This document shows, one piece after another, positions 60,301-64,000 of a DNA stretch of 64,000 nucleotides. The position numbers and the translations under genes are program-made. Each line of letters begins with the position of its first letter. Within the stretch, counting starts at the first letter, position 1. The notes beneath the pieces are model-generated. The model did not search any database, had not been told where the DNA came from, and saw nothing but the letters and a program-made list of their open reading frames with translations. The stretch is from Protoeuglena noctilucae (Eukaryota), in assembly GCA_958009085.1 (NCBI GenBank), contig OY253676.1, positions 186,001-250,000 of the forward strand, read 5' to 3'.

Positions 60301-63300
60301 TGTCCACGGCCGCGCAGGGCGAGGCGCTGAGGGCGCAGCTGGGCAACGACCAGTACAGGAGCGTCCTGGCGCGGCTCTTCATCGCCAGGTGAGGGTGGTG
60401 GAGTGCTGTGCGCATATACAACCATCACGGTCCCTTTGGGAATGCCCCACCCGCCTCTTCGTGCACATCCTGGCAGCGCAAGCCTGCACCATCAAGCAGG
60501 TGTCTGTGGGTGATTGTGAGCCAATAACCGTGATTGTAACTACGACTAACCTCCCCTATCGTCTCTGCAGGTCCGACGTGGTGCTCGTGGTTCGCAGCGC
60601 GTCCCTCCACGTCTGGAAGTCGCTGGTCGACAACACCCCGCGTGCACTGAACGAGATCCTGCCCACGATCCTCGACCTGTCCATCAGCAACCTCTCGCAC
60701 GCCGCGGCCGAGCGCCGGGAGATGTGCGGCAGGGCAGTGGGCGAGCTCGTGCGCAAGCTGGGGGAGCGCGTCATCGTCCGCGCGGTGCCGATCCTCAAGG
60801 AGGGCGTGGCGGACCCCGACCCGCGCCGGCGCCAGGGCGCGTGCCTGGGGCTGCAAGAGGTGCTGGAGTCGATGACCAGGTCGCAGCTCACCGAGCACCT
60901 CGCCGACCTCCTCCCGGCCATTCAGGACGCCCTCACCGACGACGTCGACTTCGTCAGGCGAGCAACCACGCGCGGGGTGCCTTCTGGGCCTGGGCATTCT
61001 GTCTTGCCCTCTGTCTGGGGAAGGCCCCGGCTCTGTGGGCTGGGAACTGGCGTGGACGGGCAGGGAGTCATTGCTACAATGTAGTCAGATCAGTCGTGTA
61101 TGACCTTGCAATGACATGCATCCGTCCTGATCCTCACTGTGTCGCAGGGAGGCAGCGGGTGGTGCCCTGGCGTCGCTGTTCCAGGGTGGCGGCGCGAATG
61201 TGGTGGAGTCGGTGGTGCCAGCGCTGATGGCCGGCCTCGAGGTGCAGGGCAGCAAGAGCCAGAAGGCGCTCGAGGGACTCTCCGTCATCCTCTCCGTGCG
61301 CCCGGGGTCCTTTGCCTCCATGGTCCCAAGACTGTCAGCCGCGCCCCTCACGCGCGCCCGCGTCCTCGCCCTCTCGGAGCTGGCCGGGAAGGCAGGCGCC
61401 GCCGCCGACGCCCACGTGCCGCGGGTGCTGCCCCAGCTCCTGACGGCCGCCGGGGAGGAAGGGGACGCCGACCTGGCCGCGGCATGCCAGCAAGGTGAGC
61501 CCTGCGGTGCTGCAACCACGACGACGCCCACTCTCAATGCACCACCCACCGCTCTCAGCAACTCATCAACCCACCAGTGTTCATGTTCCTGTCGCAAACA
61601 CCCCACTTCAGGCACCACCCCGTCTTCGGCAGCAGTACGAGACACCAGAAGCGTAGATGCCAAATCGCAACAGCTGCGTCGCTCGTCGTCGCCCCCGCAG
61701 CCGCCAACCACCTCGCGGTGCTTCCGGAGGACCTCGCGGAGATCGCCCTGACGGTGTCGACGATCGCCACGGCCCTGGAGACCCCGACGGGGGCCGTGGG
61801 GGCCTCGCGCGCAGCGGGGCACTTCTGCCAGCACACGAAGGGAGACCTCATGGAGCACATCCAGGCAAGCTACGTGAACAACTCTAGATGTCAACATGTA
61901 TGAGAATCGTCGCCCTGCGCCGCCTCTCAATACAGCCCTTCTTATCACACAGCCCGTCTTGTCACTGACCTATCCATCACAGCCCCTTCCATCACAGCCC
62001 TCCCCATCATAACCCTCCCCATCACAGCCCTCCCCGTCACACAACCAACCCTGTGTCTCTGCCATCACTCAGGTGCTCCTGCCTCCGCTCGTGTCGCTCC
62101 TGGCGTTGACGGACGCCGCGGCGGTCAACGCGGCGTGGGAGGCCCTGGGGACGCTGACGTTGTCCATTCCCAAGGAGTCGTACCCATCTCTCGTGCGCAA
62201 CATGCGGGACGCGGTGGGTGCCGCCACAGAGCGTGCGAGGTCCCGAGGAGAGGCCACGGTCGCTGGGCTCTGCCTTCCCAAGGGCATGCAGCCCATCGTG
62301 CCCATCTACATCCAGGGACTGCTCCAGGGCACGTCGACCGAGCTCAGGTGACGTGACGACTGCGCGTTGCTGGCGCCGTCTCGTGCACAGAATGATAGGT
62401 GTATGGATACTAGCATGGATACTAGCATATAGACTGCACAAACCCTCTTTTCTGCCATCGCTACCTACTAGTTATCAGCAGCATTTTTAACACCCAACCA
62501 CGTCTCCATTCCCGACGCAGGGAGTCCGCGGCACGCGGTCTGGGGGACCTGGTGGCCGCGACGACCGAGGAGGCCCTAAAGCCGTTCGTGCTCCAGATCA
62601 CGGGCCCGCTGATTCGCATCATCGGCGACCGCTTCCCGTGGGAGATCAAGGCCGCCATTCTGCAGACGCTGGGCCTCATCATCGGGAAGGGCAGGGCGGC
62701 CCTCAAGCCCTTCGTGCCGCAACTCCAGACGTCCTTCCTCAAGTGCCTGACAGACACGACGCCGCAAGTGAGAGCGGGCGCTTTGCTGGATACCCCAGGC
62801 GTGCCACTGCGTGTGTGGAGAGCCTGGGGCTGCGTGCGGCACGCGACTTGCCTCCTTGGCTGGGCGCTGCCGACTGCCCTTGTGCATGTGCGGTGGCTGA
62901 CGTGTTGTTTGTGGCTTGCTGACGCATGCAGACCCTCCCGGCGCAGGTACGGGGCACGGCTGCGGCCAACCTGGGTTCCCTGTCGCGCATGAGCGCCCGC
63001 GTCGACCAGCTTGCCACCGAGCTGGCGTCGTCGGCAAAGGTCCAGGACGCCGCCTCTGCCGAGGGGTTCCTGCGGGCGCTGCGTGGCGTTCTGCATGAGT
63101 CCGGGGAGAGGCTCAAGGAGGACTCGCTGGGCACTATCGGAGAGGCGCTGAGGTGAGTGGCTGGGCCGGTGAAGGTGGGGCCGTGCGCACATCAGATGAC
63201 GTGCGACGCACGGCCAGCCAGCCACGTCGACTGTGCGCCGCGTTGCGCAGGTCGCTGGCCGCGCAGCACCGGGGGAGCACGGAGCACGAGGCGACGCGGT

Positions 63301-64000
63301 CGGCCCTGGCCGGGTGCATTGGGGCGTTTGTCGGGTGCGCGACTCCCGCAGATGCCGGTGAGATGCTCGCCACGTACGCGGGTGGGGACCCGGGAGTCCC
63401 CCGCGAGGAGATCCACTTCCAAGCTCTGGTTCTCGTCGCGGCGGCGCGGTTCAGCGCCGCTCGGTCGTTCGAGGTGGGCAGGGGGGATGAGCGGCAGGGG
63501 AATGCACAACATGCGCTGGTCTGGCGTGTGGCAGCCGGGCGATGGCCTGCGGGAGAGCAAAGCGTTTTTTTTGTGATATGTGCAGGTCGCGGGTGCGGCT
63601 GAGATCGCCGCGGGTATCGTACGGCTGGCGCGCGTGGACTGCTTTGAGGCAAGGGACTGCCTGGGGGCGGCCATCGCTGGGTTCGCGGAGACCGAGCTGG
63701 CCCAAGGCCGGCGCGAGTTCACGCTCGCTGTCCTCTCCGCCTTCCCCATCCTGCTGGGCCCGGACATGTTCGCCTCGGTGCAGGTGAGGAGGGCGAATTG
63801 ACAGCGTAGCGCATGTTAATGCCCATCTTGTGGTCGCTGCTTCGCGTCCGCACCTCCCGCGATGGAATCTTCATGATCTGATCTTTGCGATGTCGCGCAG
63901 GTGAATGCGCTCCGCGCGCTGCGTCGGATGGAGGAGGCCAAGGAGGGCTGCCTGCTGGACCAGCAAAACGTGCTGCTGCCCGCGCTGTGCACGTCCGTGG
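51311..64000 (+). CDS. GCN1: GCN1 translational activator (HEAT repeats; ILITYHIA-like), more than 30 exons, 3' end beyond the window
   Basis: RRGAAFGLAGVVRGLG, LGKLFEPYVVRVLPLLL, LTGHGVKLVLP, AWRAKQGAVQLLASMAFCAPEQL, LSDPHPKVQ, AVERQGAAQGLA, ASLHVWKSLVDNTPRAL, LKPFVLQITGPLIRIIGDRFPW. Confidence 0.95.
58236..58385. repeat. 12-bp minisatellite (GAGGGTRGCAGT, about 12 copies) in a GCN1 intron
   Basis: Tandem agtgagggtagc / agtgagggtggc units. Confidence 0.9.
61930..62042. repeat. Degenerate ~15-18 bp tandem repeat (ccatcacagccctcc) in a GCN1 intron
   Basis: Repeated atcacagccc(c/t) units. Confidence 0.7.

Overview
This is GC-rich, intron-containing eukaryotic nuclear DNA, most likely from a flagellated green alga (inferred from an axonemal I1-alpha dynein, a CBM20 starch-binding protein and algal-type exostosin/MICU genes). 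Host genes in order: two hypothetical genes, a CBS-domain protein (-), an EGF+exostosin/GT47 glycosyltransferase (-), a MICU-type EF-hand protein (+), protein L-isoaspartate methyltransferase (+), a CBM20+TM+repeat protein (-), a probably myristoylated beta-propeller-like protein (+), DNAH10/DHC1 (+), JMJD6 (-) and GCN1 (+, runs off the window). A ~9.7 kb accessory island lies between the convergent 3' ends of DNAH10 and JMJD6. It holds (i) an intronless coiled-coil + PD-(D/E)XK nuclease-like gene; (ii) a ~1500-codon transposon ORF broken by one +1 frameshift, with an unknown N-terminal domain, an exact ubiquitin C-terminal motif (VLRLRGG), a D-D-DxxH-E transposase, a Myb/SANT repeat and a catalytically dead Ulp1-like fold; (iii) a hairpin+CTAG terminus-like site; and (iv) a frameshifted retropepsin relic. 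Across the window, GC-AG introns are unusually common (about 8 of 32 inferred GCN1 introns), and three introns carry a duplicate of their own exon-end/5' splice site. All gene models are read by eye, with no transcript or database evidence.
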